From positions 4,194-68,193 of the forward strand of contig CAMJWT010000009.1 of the NCBI GenBank assembly GCA_946409545.1: a stretch of DNA of 64,000 nucleotides. The letters are read 5' to 3'. The notes under the pieces were generated by a model. It had not been told where the DNA came from, ran no database searches, and worked only from the letters and a program-made list of their open reading frames with translations. The stretch comes from an uncultured Clostridia bacterium (GTDB lineage: Bacteria; Bacillota_I; Bacilli_A; RF39; UBA660). Below, one piece after another: positions 1 to 10,460 of this stretch (position 1 is its first letter; every line of letters begins with the position of its first letter). The position numbers were made by a program, and so were the translations under genes.

Positions 1-57
1 AAGAAGATAATTAATACTGGTAATAAAAGAACGAAAAATACAAGTGATTGACCTTTA

Positions 58-396
58 TTATTCATCAATAATCCTTCTTTCAAGAGTAACTTTATAAGGA
101 TTTGATAATATTCTTTTCATACCAGGGGTCATTAGTTTAATTTTTGTTTCAAGTTTATAAGAATTAGTTGTTTCCTCTAAAGTTATCTTATATTCTTTAT
201 CACTATTAACATGGTTTCTAATTTCTGTTATATCTTTACCATTACTATGCATTTCCATACAATCACTCATAACATTTTCTAAGTGATTCTTTGCAAGAAT
301 GATATGACCAATATCAAATACAACAAATATTAGTAAAATGATTACAGGTAGAACAAGGATAAATTCAACTAAAGCTTGTCCTTTTTTGTTAATCAC
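58..396 (-). CDS. TadE-like protein (Flp/Tad pilus assembly family, N-terminal hydrophobic motif)
   Basis: The N-terminus GQALVEFILVLPVIILLIFVVFD matches the TadE/TadG-like motif (G-Q-A-x-V-E-F-A-L-V-L-P). 112 aa; last gene of the minus-strand run downstream of polA. Confidence 0.5.
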   Translation of the reverse strand: MINKKGQALVEFILVLPVIILLIFVVFDIGHIILAKNHLENVMSDCMEMHSNGKDITEIRNHVNSDKEYKITLEETTNSYKLETKIKLMTPGMKRILSNPYKVTLERRIIDE

Positions 397-487
397 AATA
401 CCACCCCTATTCTAATATTAATTATACAATATATACATTTTAATTACAATAAAAAAGGAATGATTATCATTCCTTGTTTTTTAATGA

Positions 488-877
488 TTAAAAACCAACT
501 TGAACTGTAGTAGGTTGTTGATTATTTTTGCTTCCATCTTCTTCGTCTAAATTATTTAATAAATCCATCATCTCATTACCAGCTTCAAGTGTTTCTTGTT
601 GTGATGCTAATTGTTCAAGTGAGTAATTTTGAACAGCACTATATAAAGCTCCAATTGAATTAGAGATTTCATCTTGTAATTGTTTTAATTTATTACCTAT
701 TTCGCTCCATACATTAGCTATTTCTCCATTAACTCTTCCGCTTACCATAGCATCTGCTGCTAATGCAGCTAAATTTCCTGCTGTTCCAAGGCCAGTCTCA
801 GTAGCATTATTAGCACCGTAACCATCACCTAATATTTGAATAGCATTTTGTAATTGCTCTGCTAAACCTTTATCCAT
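488..877 (-). CDS. hypothetical small alpha-helical protein
   Basis: 129-aa ORF with an Ala/Gly-rich N-half and an acidic C-terminus. It sits in the same orientation as polA and the other small ORFs. No recognisable motif. Confidence 0.35.
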   Translation of the reverse strand: MDKGLAEQLQNAIQILGDGYGANNATETGLGTAGNLAALAADAMVSGRVNGEIANVWSEIGNKLKQLQDEISNSIGALYSAVQNYSLEQLASQQETLEAGNEMMDLLNNLDEEDGSKNNQQPTTVQVGF

Positions 878-901
878 TATATAATCCTCCTATTTCTTAT
901 T

Positions 902-1270
902 TTATTGACCATTAGCATCATTAAGTTCCATTTGATAATTAATTGTACTAATTGTCTTTGGAACATAAGTATCTAATGCATTAGTAATCTTTGTTAATTT
1001 TGTCAAAATTTTATCTAATTCTTGTTCTTCTTTTACACCAAAACCAGTCTTAGCAAATAACTCTTGAACATATCCGTCGCTTGAAAAAGCATTTAAAAAT
1101 GCTTTAAGTGCTGCAACAACTTCATTTGTCTTTTTTTGACATTCAGTAACTTCTCTCTTAGCTTCTTCTAAACTATTATTTAACATACTACTTAATCCTC
1201 CTATCCTAATAGTAGCACAAACTATTTTACCTATCAATAAACTCTCTTTTATTTTTAATTTAGTTGACAC
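902..1270 (-). CDS. hypothetical protein
   Basis: 122-aa ORF preceded by the RBS-like GGAGG (revcomp at 1198-1202). No recognisable domain. Confidence 0.35.
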   Translation of the reverse strand: MSTKLKIKESLLIGKIVCATIRIGGLSSMLNNSLEEAKREVTECQKKTNEVVAALKAFLNAFSSDGYVQELFAKTGFGVKEEQELDKILTKLTKITNALDTYVPKTISTINYQMELNDANGQ

Positions 1271-1298
1271 AAAAAAAAACAGTATACTTGATATACTG

Positions 1299-1520
1299 TT
1301 ATTTTTTTATAACATCACTCATTTGAGCTACGTTATTTTCAATCATTTTAATATTCAATTCATCTCTTGAAATAGATTCTTTTAAAGACGCTAAAATAGT
1401 AGCTTTAGTCTCAGAATCTAATCCATCAAGTTTGGTTGCAGCATCTTGATATTTTCTAATTCTATCACGTATTCTTCCAATTTCTGCTTTAGTATAATCT
1501 GACATATTATTATAATCCAT
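1299..1520 (-). CDS. hypothetical small helical protein
   Basis: 73-aa ORF 9 nt downstream of the polA stop, preceded by GGAGGG. Predicted coiled or helical. Confidence 0.3.
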   Translation of the reverse strand: MDYNNMSDYTKAEIGRIRDRIRKYQDAATKLDGLDSETKATILASLKESISRDELNIKMIENNVAQMSDVIKK

Positions 1521-1529
1521 TTTTCCCTC

Positions 1530-4118
1530 CTATTTGGCTTCATACCACGTACGACCATATTCTATATCAACTTTAAGTGGTACGTCAAGTTTATAAATAT
1601 TTTCCATTACATCACGAATTAATGTTTTCATTATTTCTACTTCATTCTCAGGTACATCGAAGACAAGTTCATCATGTACTTGTACTAACATTTTACTATT
1701 TAAGTTTTCTTCATCAATTCTTCTTTGCATTTCAACCATTGCCATTTTAATAATATCAGCAGCGGTTCCTTGAATTGGTGTATTCATAGCCATTCTCTCA
1801 CCACTACTTCTAATTAAATAGTTTTTATTATTAAGTTCTTCAATAACCCTTTTACGATTAAAAAGCGTTTTAACATAACCATTTTTATGAGCGTCTTCAA
1901 CAATCTTTTTCATATATGTTGATATTTCTGGAAATGTTTCTAGGTAATTATCAATAAAGTCTTTAGCTTCATATAAGTTAATACCTAAATCTTCTGATAA
2001 TCCAAAGCCACTTATTCCATAAATAATTCCAAAGTTAACAGCTTTAGCTTGTCTTCGCATATTTTTATCAACATTTTCAATTGGTACATGAAAAATATCA
2101 CTAGCGGTTTTTGCATGAATATCAAGATCATTTGTAAAAGCATGAATCATATTTGTAGCATGAGACATATGAGCAAAAACACGTAATTCAATTTGCGAAT
2201 AATCACTTGAGATAATAATACTATTTTCTCTTGGAATAAATGCTTTTCTTATTAATCTACCTTCTTCAAGACGAATTGGAATATTTTGTAAATTGGGTCT
2301 TTCACTTGATAATCTTCCTGTTCTTGTTAAAGTTTGATTATAAATAGTATGTATTTTACCATCACTTTTAATTTCTTCCATCAAACCAACTATATAATTA
2401 CTTAATAATTTAGATAAAGTTCTAAACTTTAATATTTTTTCAATTATTGGATAATCAGCAAGCTTATCAAGAATATCTTTACTTGTTGAATAATTACCGT
2501 CTTTTACTCTCTTTGGATATGGTAACATCATTTTATTAAATAAAACATCACTTAATTGTTTAGGAGATGCAATATTAAATTCTACTCCTGCTAGTTCATA
2601 GATTTCTTTTTCTAAATTATTTATTTCTTTTTCAAGATCTTCTTTCATATTAAGTAAATAATTTTTATCTACTCTAAATCCAGTTTCTTCCATTTTAGCA
2701 AGAACATAAACAAGTGGAAGTTCTATATCAAAATATAACTTTTCCATCTCTTCAGACTTTACTTCTTCTAAAAGTTCATTACGTTTTTCATAAATAAATG
2801 AACTTTTTTTACAAGTATCTTTAACATAAATATCTAATTCTTTTTCTTTAATCGTTATTTCACTTCCAAAGATTTTATCATAGAAGTTAATATCATAATC
2901 ATAAGTATTAGCAAGATACGCAATATCATTTTTTACATTTTTATTTAATAAATAAGCTTCTATCATTAAATCACGAACATTCTTATCAATACTTACATTA
3001 TATTTATCAAATATTACTAATACTTTCTTTAAATCATATGTTGTCTTACTTGCTCCATCATTAAAAATATCACTATTTTCTATCAATTCAAAAGGAACAT
3101 AATAATTATTTTTACTTGTAGAAATACTAACACCAAGTGGCTTCGCATCATGATAGTTATATCCAAGAACTTCAAGATAAAAACTATATTCTTTTTCAAG
3201 AATAAGTTCAGACAAATCATTAACTACTTTGTAAGAAAATTCTTTTTCAACTTTTTTCGTTTCTACTTTTTTTAACATTGAATAAAACTCAAGTTCATTT
3301 AAAATATTTACATAATCATCATTATTACCCAAATATTTAATATTATCTATGTTAGTATCAATAGGTACTTCACGATAGATGGTGGCAATTTCATAACTTA
3401 GATATGCATTATCTTTATCATTTTCTAACTTCTCTTTAGTTTTACCACTAATATCATTTATATTTTCATAAACGCCATCTAAAGAACCATATTTTTGTAG
3501 AAGTGATAGAGCAGTCTTCTCACCTATTCCTTTAACACCAGGGATATTATCACTAGCATCTCCCATAAGCGATTTTATATCAACCATCTTCTTTGGATCA
3601 TCAAGTCCATATGTGTTTTTAAACTCTACTTTATCCATCATGATATAATCTTTAGTTTTTAATAATTTAACTTTGTTTTTATCACTTATTAATTGTAATA
3701 AATCTTTATCACTACTTATAATTAATCCTTCATAGTCATTACTTTTATCAATGACACTTGCAAAAGTACCTATAATATCATCGGCTTCATAATTATCAAT
3801 TTCAAAATACTTTATTCCCATCGCATCACATAGTCTACGTGATACTGGAAACTGTAATTTTAATTCATTAGGTGTCTCATCTCTTTTACCTTTATAAACA
3901 TCATATTTTTCATGTCTAAAAGTTTTTCCTTTATCAAAAGCTACCATTAAATATTCTGGTTTTTCTTCATCAATTATTTTATGTAACATATTGATGAAAC
4001 CAAAAATAGCATTTGTTGGAAAACCTTTACTATTACGCATTAAATTACCATTATAAGCGGTTGCAAAAAAACTTCTAAATAATAAGTTATTACCATCAAT
4101 TAGAACTACTTTCTTCAT
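1530..4118 (-). CDS. polA: DNA polymerase I
   Basis: 862 aa. It has an N-terminal 5'-3' exonuclease (VLIDGNNLLFRSFFA) and polymerase motif A (DYSQIELR), motif B (RRQAKAVNFGIIYG) and motif C (QVHDE). Confidence 0.95.
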   Translation of the reverse strand: MKKVVLIDGNNLLFRSFFATAYNGNLMRNSKGFPTNAIFGFINMLHKIIDEEKPEYLMVAFDKGKTFRHEKYDVYKGKRDETPNELKLQFPVSRRLCDAMGIKYFEIDNYEADDIIGTFASVIDKSNDYEGLIISSDKDLLQLISDKNKVKLLKTKDYIMMDKVEFKNTYGLDDPKKMVDIKSLMGDASDNIPGVKGIGEKTALSLLQKYGSLDGVYENINDISGKTKEKLENDKDNAYLSYEIATIYREVPIDTNIDNIKYLGNNDDYVNILNELEFYSMLKKVETKKVEKEFSYKVVNDLSELILEKEYSFYLEVLGYNYHDAKPLGVSISTSKNNYYVPFELIENSDIFNDGASKTTYDLKKVLVIFDKYNVSIDKNVRDLMIEAYLLNKNVKNDIAYLANTYDYDINFYDKIFGSEITIKEKELDIYVKDTCKKSSFIYEKRNELLEEVKSEEMEKLYFDIELPLVYVLAKMEETGFRVDKNYLLNMKEDLEKEINNLEKEIYELAGVEFNIASPKQLSDVLFNKMMLPYPKRVKDGNYSTSKDILDKLADYPIIEKILKFRTLSKLLSNYIVGLMEEIKSDGKIHTIYNQTLTRTGRLSSERPNLQNIPIRLEEGRLIRKAFIPRENSIIISSDYSQIELRVFAHMSHATNMIHAFTNDLDIHAKTASDIFHVPIENVDKNMRRQAKAVNFGIIYGISGFGLSEDLGINLYEAKDFIDNYLETFPEISTYMKKIVEDAHKNGYVKTLFNRKRVIEELNNKNYLIRSSGERMAMNTPIQGTAADIIKMAMVEMQRRIDEENLNSKMLVQVHDELVFDVPENEVEIMKTLIRDVMENIYKLDVPLKVDIEYGRTWYEAK

Positions 4119-4719
4119 TATTTGTTACTCCATATTTTACTGTTAATTTATAACTATCAAATTCTCCAGTTGCTTTCATATAATTTGAATAATCAAAATC
4201 AATTTGATAAATATTTTTATCTTTATCAACAAAGATTATTATTGGATTGGTACCATCTTCAAGATTTTCTTTATAATTTAATATTTTAGCAAGATCTTTA
4301 TTAGTTATTTCATATTTATAACTTATTAAGTCTGATCCATTTTCAACTTTTAATAAATATTTTGCATTTTTAATTATTTGTTTAATTGTATAAATATTAA
4401 CTAATTCTTTATATTTATATTCAGATAATTCATAGTTTTCATCATCTCTAACACCAGAAAAAGTATAAGTGTTATCATTCTCTTCAATATAATAAGAATA
4501 TTGATAATTATTATTTTCAATCATATCTGTTTTATAAATAATATCTTCTTCTTTAACAGGAGGTACTTTAACTTGTTCTCTTGTTGTTCGTATAAAATAT
4601 ATTAATAAAGCAAAAAAGACAAAATAGAAACCAAAGAATAAAATCATTCTTCTTTTTTTAACATCTGGTTGTTCTTTCCAATCATTATAATTTTTAAACA
4701 TTTCTTTTAATTTCTTCAT
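4096..4719 (-). CDS. hypothetical membrane-anchored protein
   Basis: 207 aa with a single N-terminal TM (ILFFGFYFVFFALLIYFI). It overlaps the polA start by 23 nt and follows the fmt stop by 2 nt, so it is probably operonic. Confidence 0.45.
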   Translation of the reverse strand: MKKLKEMFKNYNDWKEQPDVKKRRMILFFGFYFVFFALLIYFIRTTREQVKVPPVKEEDIIYKTDMIENNNYQYSYYIEENDNTYTFSGVRDDENYELSEYKYKELVNIYTIKQIIKNAKYLLKVENGSDLISYKYEITNKDLAKILNYKENLEDGTNPIIIFVDKDKNIYQIDFDYSNYMKATGEFDSYKLTVKYGVTNNEESSSN

Positions 4720-4721
4720 AC

Positions 4722-5672
4722 TTACTCCTTATTAACAACCATTCCTGTTTTAAGATCTTTTTCACCATTTAAGAAATCAATAATATGCATTTTCTTTTTA
4801 CCTTCTTTTTTTAGTTCATCAATATATATTATTCCATCACTACATTTTATTCCTAAAGTCTTTTTATCAAGAATAACTAATTCTCCATTAACTTTATTAT
4901 TAAATTTATTATTAATTTCATAATGTGTTTGATATATTTTATAAACTTTATTATCTAATGTGAAATATGCAACAGGAAAAGGATTCATTCCACGTATCTT
5001 ATTAAAGATATTACGAGCTTTATCATTAAAATCAATTAATTCTTCTTCATGACTAATATTATGACATATTGTTACTTCATCCTCATTTTGTTTAATACGA
5101 TCATTTGTTCCATCAAGAATTTTAGGAATAGTTTGAAGTAATAAATCTCGTCCTATTACTTTTAATTTATCATGAATAGAACCAACAGTATCCGACTCAC
5201 TAATGGGAATTTCTTGTTGACTAATAATATCACCTGTATCCATTCCAACATCCATATACATAATAGTAACACCTGTTTTATCATAACCATCAATAACAGC
5301 ATGATGAAGAGGTGAACCACCACGTAACTTTGGAAGAAGTGATGCATGAACATTAATGCATCCATATTTTGGACAATCAAGTATTACTTTAGGTATTATT
5401 TGTCCATAAGCACAAGTTACAATCATATCAGGATTTAAATCAATAACACTTTGAAATTCTTTTCTTATTTTTATTGGTTGGATGACCGGAATATTATATT
5501 TTAAAGCAAGTTCTTTAACTGGTGAAAAACTAAGTTTATTTCCCCTTCCAACTTCTTTATCAGGTTGTGTAACAACCGCAATTACATTTGTCTTTTCAAT
5601 TAATCCTTCTAATACATCTAAACTAAATTCAGGAGTACCCATAAATATTACTTTTAAATCTTTCATATTCAT
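4722..5672 (-). CDS. fmt: methionyl-tRNA formyltransferase
   Basis: The motif IFMGTPEFS(L)DVLEGL is typical of Fmt, and a C-terminal Fmt domain is present. The start is set at the internal ATG (MNMKDLKVIF) preceded by GGTGA. The ORF track extends to 5711. Confidence 0.88.
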   Translation of the reverse strand: MNMKDLKVIFMGTPEFSLDVLEGLIEKTNVIAVVTQPDKEVGRGNKLSFSPVKELALKYNIPVIQPIKIRKEFQSVIDLNPDMIVTCAYGQIIPKVILDCPKYGCINVHASLLPKLRGGSPLHHAVIDGYDKTGVTIMYMDVGMDTGDIISQQEIPISESDTVGSIHDKLKVIGRDLLLQTIPKILDGTNDRIKQNEDEVTICHNISHEEELIDFNDKARNIFNKIRGMNPFPVAYFTLDNKVYKIYQTHYEINNKFNNKVNGELVILDKKTLGIKCSDGIIYIDELKKEGKKKMHIIDFLNGEKDLKTGMVVNKE

Positions 5673-5712
5673 ATAAATCACCAATTTAATTTTATCAAAT
5701 TTATGTAACAAA

Positions 5713-5735
5713 AAAAAGAGTTAAAAACTCTTTTT
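5713..5735 (-). terminator. rho-independent terminator hairpin after the 982-aa surface protein gene
   Basis: AAAGAGTT-AAA-AACTCTTT flanked by A- and T-runs overlaps the stop codon. Confidence 0.5.
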
Positions 5736-8682
5736 ATTGTTCGCCAAAATATAAAATATCAACAACTGCACGATATGTTGTTTCATTTGGTCTTTTATAT
5801 TGATAGATAGAATAAACAGAAGACATTGTATTGGTTTTATAATACATTCCTGTTGATCCACCACCATCAAGATTAACAACAATATTACATCCAAAGGTAT
5901 CATGCATATCTTTATGATGAGTATCCATAGCACTAAAGTATCCTGTAGCTAAGACGAAATTATTTTCATCAATTTGACATAGAGTTGTACGTGGATCACT
6001 TCCACCACCAGTTTGCCAATTACCAGTTACAAAATGAGTAACACCCCAGGCATTTCTTGCCCCATTACTTTTTAGCCATTCCATCATCGTATTAGCATCA
6101 CTTGATGTTTTATTTATTAGTTTACCATTTTTGTCTATTGATAAAGTACCATAAACAACACTTCTTCCATCAGCCAATTGCGTCTTATAGTGATCATTTA
6201 CTACTAAATTACCTCTTGTAGCAAGAACGGGAATATTATCTCTTCCATTAATTGCGAAACCACCATTAGTACCAATCATACCTTTATTTTGATAGCCATA
6301 ATTTTTTATTTCATAATCAAAGTGACTTGGTTTCGTTCTTGTATTAAATCCACTATTACCACAATTTAATTGTTTATAAGCATCTTTTACCCATATTAAG
6401 GAATAAAATTTATTATCTTTAGAAATCGTTTTATATTTTAAAGTTGCACTACTATAACTCTTATTTTCTAGTACGTTATATCCACTTGGAACATGTTGTG
6501 TTATATCATAACCACTTGATTCTTTTTTCCACATTGCATATAAAGTTAAGGTATTATTTTTAATTCCCCACTCGCCATTAGTATATTTCCAAGTTCCACT
6601 CCAACCTGTCCAATTATAACCATCATCACTTCCAGAGCTATTAGTTGTCCAACCACTAAATTTATAACCAGTTTTAACAAAACCATTATTCTTAATTGAA
6701 CAACTTTCATTCATCTTACAAACATGACTAGATACACTTCCACTTGTTGCCCCATTGCCTTTATAATTAATCGTATATTCATTAGAAGTATCTTTTGCCC
6801 AATGTGCATATAAAGTTATATCACTATTTATATTAACGATTGTTGATGAAATGATTTTTGTTCCACCACTCTTTTCCGTGTACCATCCTTTATATGTATA
6901 ATTACTTCTTGTTGGTGTTGGCAATTCACCATATTTATTACCAACCGTAACTGTCTTACTAGTTGGTGTTACACTACCACCATTTGGATTAAAAGTGACT
7001 TTATAAGTTGTCACTGGAGTTTCACTTTTTTTAACTGTAATTTTACAAGTTGCGGATTTGTTATTACTTGTCGTTACCGTAATGGTAGCTGTTCCACTAG
7101 ATACTGCTGTTACAACACCACTACCACTCACGGTAGCAACACTTTTATTACTACTCTTCCATGTAATTTCTTTATTAGTAGCATTACTTGGTTTTATCGT
7201 TTTAACAAGAGATATTGTATCTGATATATTTAGAGTTGCACTTGTTTTATTTAAACTTATACTTTCAACTGGTACTTCATTTACAACAACTCTAATCTTT
7301 TTCGTAACATGTTTACTTTTAACAATTATTTCAGTTGTTCCTTTACCTTTACCTGTTATTAAACCATCTTTTACAGTCGCAACACTTTTATTTGAACTTT
7401 CCCAAGTAATAGTCTTATATGTTGCATTTTCCGGTAATACTTTAGCTTCTATTTTCTTTGTTCCATTAACATTAATTGAAACATCTTTTTGTGATAATTC
7501 AATATCAGTATCAAGAGTTTCAGTATCAACTTTTTTTACTTTTACAGATGCGGTATCTTTATGAGAACCATCATTTGTTTCAATTGTTAATGTAGCATTT
7601 CCTGCTCCTACTGCTTTAATCTTAGTACCCGTAATAGTAATAACATTTGTATCACTACTTTTTAGTTTTACACCTTGATTCGTAGCATCACTTGGAATAA
7701 TATCATATTCAATATTTTTAACTTCACCAATTGCTAGTTCAATATTATGTTCTAGAAGTTTTACTTCTTTCACCTTAACCGTCGTACTAGAACTATTTAC
7801 AGTAACATTAACATAACCCTCTAGTCCATTAATCGTTGTACCAACAATTTGTGTTGTTCCAACACTTTTTCCAGTTACAACACCATCTTTAGATACAACC
7901 GCAACACTGTTATCTAAACTTTCCCATGTAACAGTATTATTAGCATTACTTGGAGTTATGGTAGCTTTAATTTTTTGACTACCACCAACATTTATTTTAA
8001 TATCTTTTGGTGATAATTCTATTTTCTTTGGTTCAACTACTTCTTCGCGATCATGAACTGTTACTTCAACATCTTCATGAATTCCCGTTATTTTTTCACT
8101 AACAATAATATTACAATTACCAATACCTTTTGCTTCTATTTTTCCATTACTATCAACAATGGCAACATTAGGGTCACTTGTCATATATTCTATTTCATGC
8201 AAAGTTGATTCTTTTGGTGTAAGTTTAAAATTCAATTGGAATGTTCCACCAACAATTAAATCTACTTTTTTCGTATTTAAAGTTATACCTGTTATTTCAA
8301 TATTGTTATCAGATACAATAACCAAACATTCTGCACTAATATTATTATATTTATCTAAGTAAGCCGTTATTGTTGCTACACCATTTTTCTTAGCTTCAAT
8401 AAATCCTGTTAACTCATTAACTGTAACAATATCTGGTTTATCACTTTTAAATAATATTTTTCGACTACGAGTATTATCTGGTAAAACTTTAGCATTTAAT
8501 TGAAAACTATTATTTCTTTTTAATCTTATTTCACTTTGAGACAAATTTATTATTTCCGGTTTATTTTCATACGGATTATCAATTATGCCAAATGTTGTAA
8601 GAGCAAATAAAACAACAAAAGCTATTAAAGCAAGCATTAATCCATAAGCAATTAATCTCAAAAAAAATCTTATTACTTTCAT
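5734..8682 (-). CDS. surface-anchored protein: N-terminal signal-anchor, multiple Big_2 (bacterial Ig-like) domains, Listeria-Bacteroides repeats, C-terminal phosphodiester-glycosidase-like domain
   Basis: 982 aa. It has an N-terminal TM (LIAYGLMLALIAFVVLFALTTF) and repeated about 85-aa units with a VTW(E/T)SS(N/D)...A(T/S)V...G signature (Big_2). Two internalin-like Listeria-Bacteroides repeats (YKVTFNPNGG...GWYTEKSGGTKI...LYAHW) are present. The C-terminal domain ends in a VVNLDGGGSTGMYYK motif shared with two paralogs. Confidence 0.7.
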   Translation of the reverse strand: MKVIRFFLRLIAYGLMLALIAFVVLFALTTFGIIDNPYENKPEIINLSQSEIRLKRNNSFQLNAKVLPDNTRSRKILFKSDKPDIVTVNELTGFIEAKKNGVATITAYLDKYNNISAECLVIVSDNNIEITGITLNTKKVDLIVGGTFQLNFKLTPKESTLHEIEYMTSDPNVAIVDSNGKIEAKGIGNCNIIVSEKITGIHEDVEVTVHDREEVVEPKKIELSPKDIKINVGGSQKIKATITPSNANNTVTWESLDNSVAVVSKDGVVTGKSVGTTQIVGTTINGLEGYVNVTVNSSSTTVKVKEVKLLEHNIELAIGEVKNIEYDIIPSDATNQGVKLKSSDTNVITITGTKIKAVGAGNATLTIETNDGSHKDTASVKVKKVDTETLDTDIELSQKDVSINVNGTKKIEAKVLPENATYKTITWESSNKSVATVKDGLITGKGKGTTEIIVKSKHVTKKIRVVVNEVPVESISLNKTSATLNISDTISLVKTIKPSNATNKEITWKSSNKSVATVSGSGVVTAVSSGTATITVTTSNNKSATCKITVKKSETPVTTYKVTFNPNGGSVTPTSKTVTVGNKYGELPTPTRSNYTYKGWYTEKSGGTKIISSTIVNINSDITLYAHWAKDTSNEYTINYKGNGATSGSVSSHVCKMNESCSIKNNGFVKTGYKFSGWTTNSSGSDDGYNWTGWSGTWKYTNGEWGIKNNTLTLYAMWKKESSGYDITQHVPSGYNVLENKSYSSATLKYKTISKDNKFYSLIWVKDAYKQLNCGNSGFNTRTKPSHFDYEIKNYGYQNKGMIGTNGGFAINGRDNIPVLATRGNLVVNDHYKTQLADGRSVVYGTLSIDKNGKLINKTSSDANTMMEWLKSNGARNAWGVTHFVTGNWQTGGGSDPRTTLCQIDENNFVLATGYFSAMDTHHKDMHDTFGCNIVVNLDGGGSTGMYYKTNTMSSVYSIYQYKRPNETTYRAVVDILYFGEQ

Positions 8683-8712
8683 ATAATCTCCTATTTTAAT
8701 TATAACATGATT

Positions 8713-10371
8713 CTAATCTTCTACAATATAGAACATATCAGCAATGGCTCTTCCACCACCAAAACGCTTTTTAGCACTAGACATTGAACCTGTTTTATAA
8801 TATAGTTTTCTACTTCCGCCCCCATCTAAGTTAGCAGCTCTAACACATCCATATCGACTTTTTAATTCTTTACCAATACCATATAGACTTAAACCGCCAC
8901 CTGAATAAATAACAAAATTATTTTTATTAACCTGACATATAACCGTTCTATTCGTACTATCACGTCCTGAATCAGGATTTAAAAGACTTCCATCATTACC
9001 AATTGGTGAAACGGCATAAGCAAAGTTATTTCTAATACCATCTTTTTGCATTTCATTTTTTACTTTCATATTAGCATTATAATTAGTTGATGAAAAACCA
9101 GAATACATTTTTAAAATACCATCTTTTGTAATACCAACGGTTCCATAAATATTATTTGAATACTTTTTATTTTCAACATCACGTAATACTTTTCCTTTAT
9201 TAATAACATAAGGAATACCTGGGGAGCCTCCCCACCCAGCCCAAAAGAAACTTCCATTAGTAGCAACTAAACCTTTCTTTTGATATCCATATGTACTTAT
9301 TTCGTGACTTAATATAACTTCGGCCGTCTTTTCATTACCAAATGATGGAATAGCCGAATTAATTTGTTTATAAGGATCAGCTACCCATACAAGGACATAA
9401 TCAGCACTTCCTACATTTTGAATACGATATTTAAGAGTTTTACTTTTATATGAAGCTATTTCTTTACCAATTTTATATTTACTATCATCAGTAATAGCAG
9501 GTAATGTATCTGCTTTAACGGTAATATTACAAGTTACAGCCTTATTATTAGATGTTTTAGCTGTAATTACACAACTACCTTCTTTAAGACCTTTAACAAC
9601 ACCATCCAAAACTTGACATATACTTGTATCAGAACTTTCCCAAGTAACGGTTTTATCAGTTGTATCCGATGGCGTTATTGTTGCCTTTAAGGTTACCGTT
9701 TCATTAACTTTAATTGTTTCTTTTTCTTTGTTTAAAGTTATTTTTTCAGCTTCAATTATTTTTTTATTAATATGAACTGATACACTTGCTTCAATACCAT
9801 TTTTACTTTTGATTGTAACTGTTGCATCACCATCTTTAATTGCTACAATATTTCCTTCATTATCAAAAGCTAAAATACTAGTATCACTACTTGTCATTGA
9901 TACATTTTTATCAGTTGCATCATCAGGAACAATTTCATATTCTATTTTTTTAGTATCACCAACATCCATTATAATATTATTATTAATTATTCTTATTTCT
10001 GTAACTTCGACTATTTTATTCATGACGTTAACTTGAATAATTTTATTAACTAATTGATTTTCTGATGTTACTCTAACAATTGTATTACCTTCACTAATAC
10101 CTTCTAGTTCACCATTTTTAACACTCGCAATAGAAGGATTAACACTATACCATGTAACAGATTTATATTTAGTATCTTCTGGTAAAACTTTATAAGTAAT
10201 GATATATTTATCACCTACGTATAGACTGATATTATTACTAGATAACTCTATATCTTTTTCATATATTTCATTGGTTTTACTATCACTTGATACTAAACCA
10301 CTAATGATCATATAGATACTTATAAGTAATATGACAATGAATAATACCTTTATGCCAATATCCTTTTTCAT
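8713..10371 (-). CDS. surface protein with Big_2 repeats and C-terminal phosphodiester-glycosidase-like domain
   Basis: 552 aa. It has an N-terminal TM, three Big_2-like units and a C-terminal domain homologous to the neighbours (AANLDGGGSRKLYYKTGSMSSAKKRFGGGR). Confidence 0.65.
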   Translation of the reverse strand: MKKDIGIKVLFIVILLISIYMIISGLVSSDSKTNEIYEKDIELSSNNISLYVGDKYIITYKVLPEDTKYKSVTWYSVNPSIASVKNGELEGISEGNTIVRVTSENQLVNKIIQVNVMNKIVEVTEIRIINNNIIMDVGDTKKIEYEIVPDDATDKNVSMTSSDTSILAFDNEGNIVAIKDGDATVTIKSKNGIEASVSVHINKKIIEAEKITLNKEKETIKVNETVTLKATITPSDTTDKTVTWESSDTSICQVLDGVVKGLKEGSCVITAKTSNNKAVTCNITVKADTLPAITDDSKYKIGKEIASYKSKTLKYRIQNVGSADYVLVWVADPYKQINSAIPSFGNEKTAEVILSHEISTYGYQKKGLVATNGSFFWAGWGGSPGIPYVINKGKVLRDVENKKYSNNIYGTVGITKDGILKMYSGFSSTNYNANMKVKNEMQKDGIRNNFAYAVSPIGNDGSLLNPDSGRDSTNRTVICQVNKNNFVIYSGGGLSLYGIGKELKSRYGCVRAANLDGGGSRKLYYKTGSMSSAKKRFGGGRAIADMFYIVED

Positions 10372-10421
10372 AGCACTCCTACTATATTTATTTTAACTTT
10401 TTTTAGCAAATTAATAAAGAA

Positions 10422-10449
10422 AAAAGTAGACATTTTTTTGTCTACTTTT
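10422..10449 (-). terminator. terminator hairpin after the 1314-aa gene
   Basis: AAAAGTAGACA-TTTTTT-TGTCTACTTTT. Confidence 0.55.
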
Positions 10450-10460
10450 ACTTATTTTTA

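Noticed and set aside
488-877. WXG100/ESAT-6 (type VII secretion substrate) assignment for the 129-aa helical protein
   Set aside because: Size and helical character fit, but there is no central W-x-G motif (only VWSEIG) and no adjacent EssC/FtsK-SpoIIIE ATPase or LXG protein.
5162-5933. Small ORFs 5162-5380 (-), 5482-5676 (+) and 5721-5933 (-)
   Set aside because: They are alternative-frame or antisense overlaps of fmt and of the 3' end of the 982-aa gene. Their products are hydrophobic low-complexity.
7058-7564. Antisense ORFs inside the Big_2 surface protein genes (for example 7058-7564, 8159-8362, 9809-10036, 11404-11589, 12757-13119, 13560-13790, 14798-15025, 17736-18383, 27073-27372, 49058-49255, 49865-50050)
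   Set aside because: They lie entirely within long, well-supported minus-strand CDSs. Their products are low-complexity Thr/Val/Leu strings produced by reading repetitive Thr/Val/Ala-rich coding DNA backwards. They have no RBS or homology signal.
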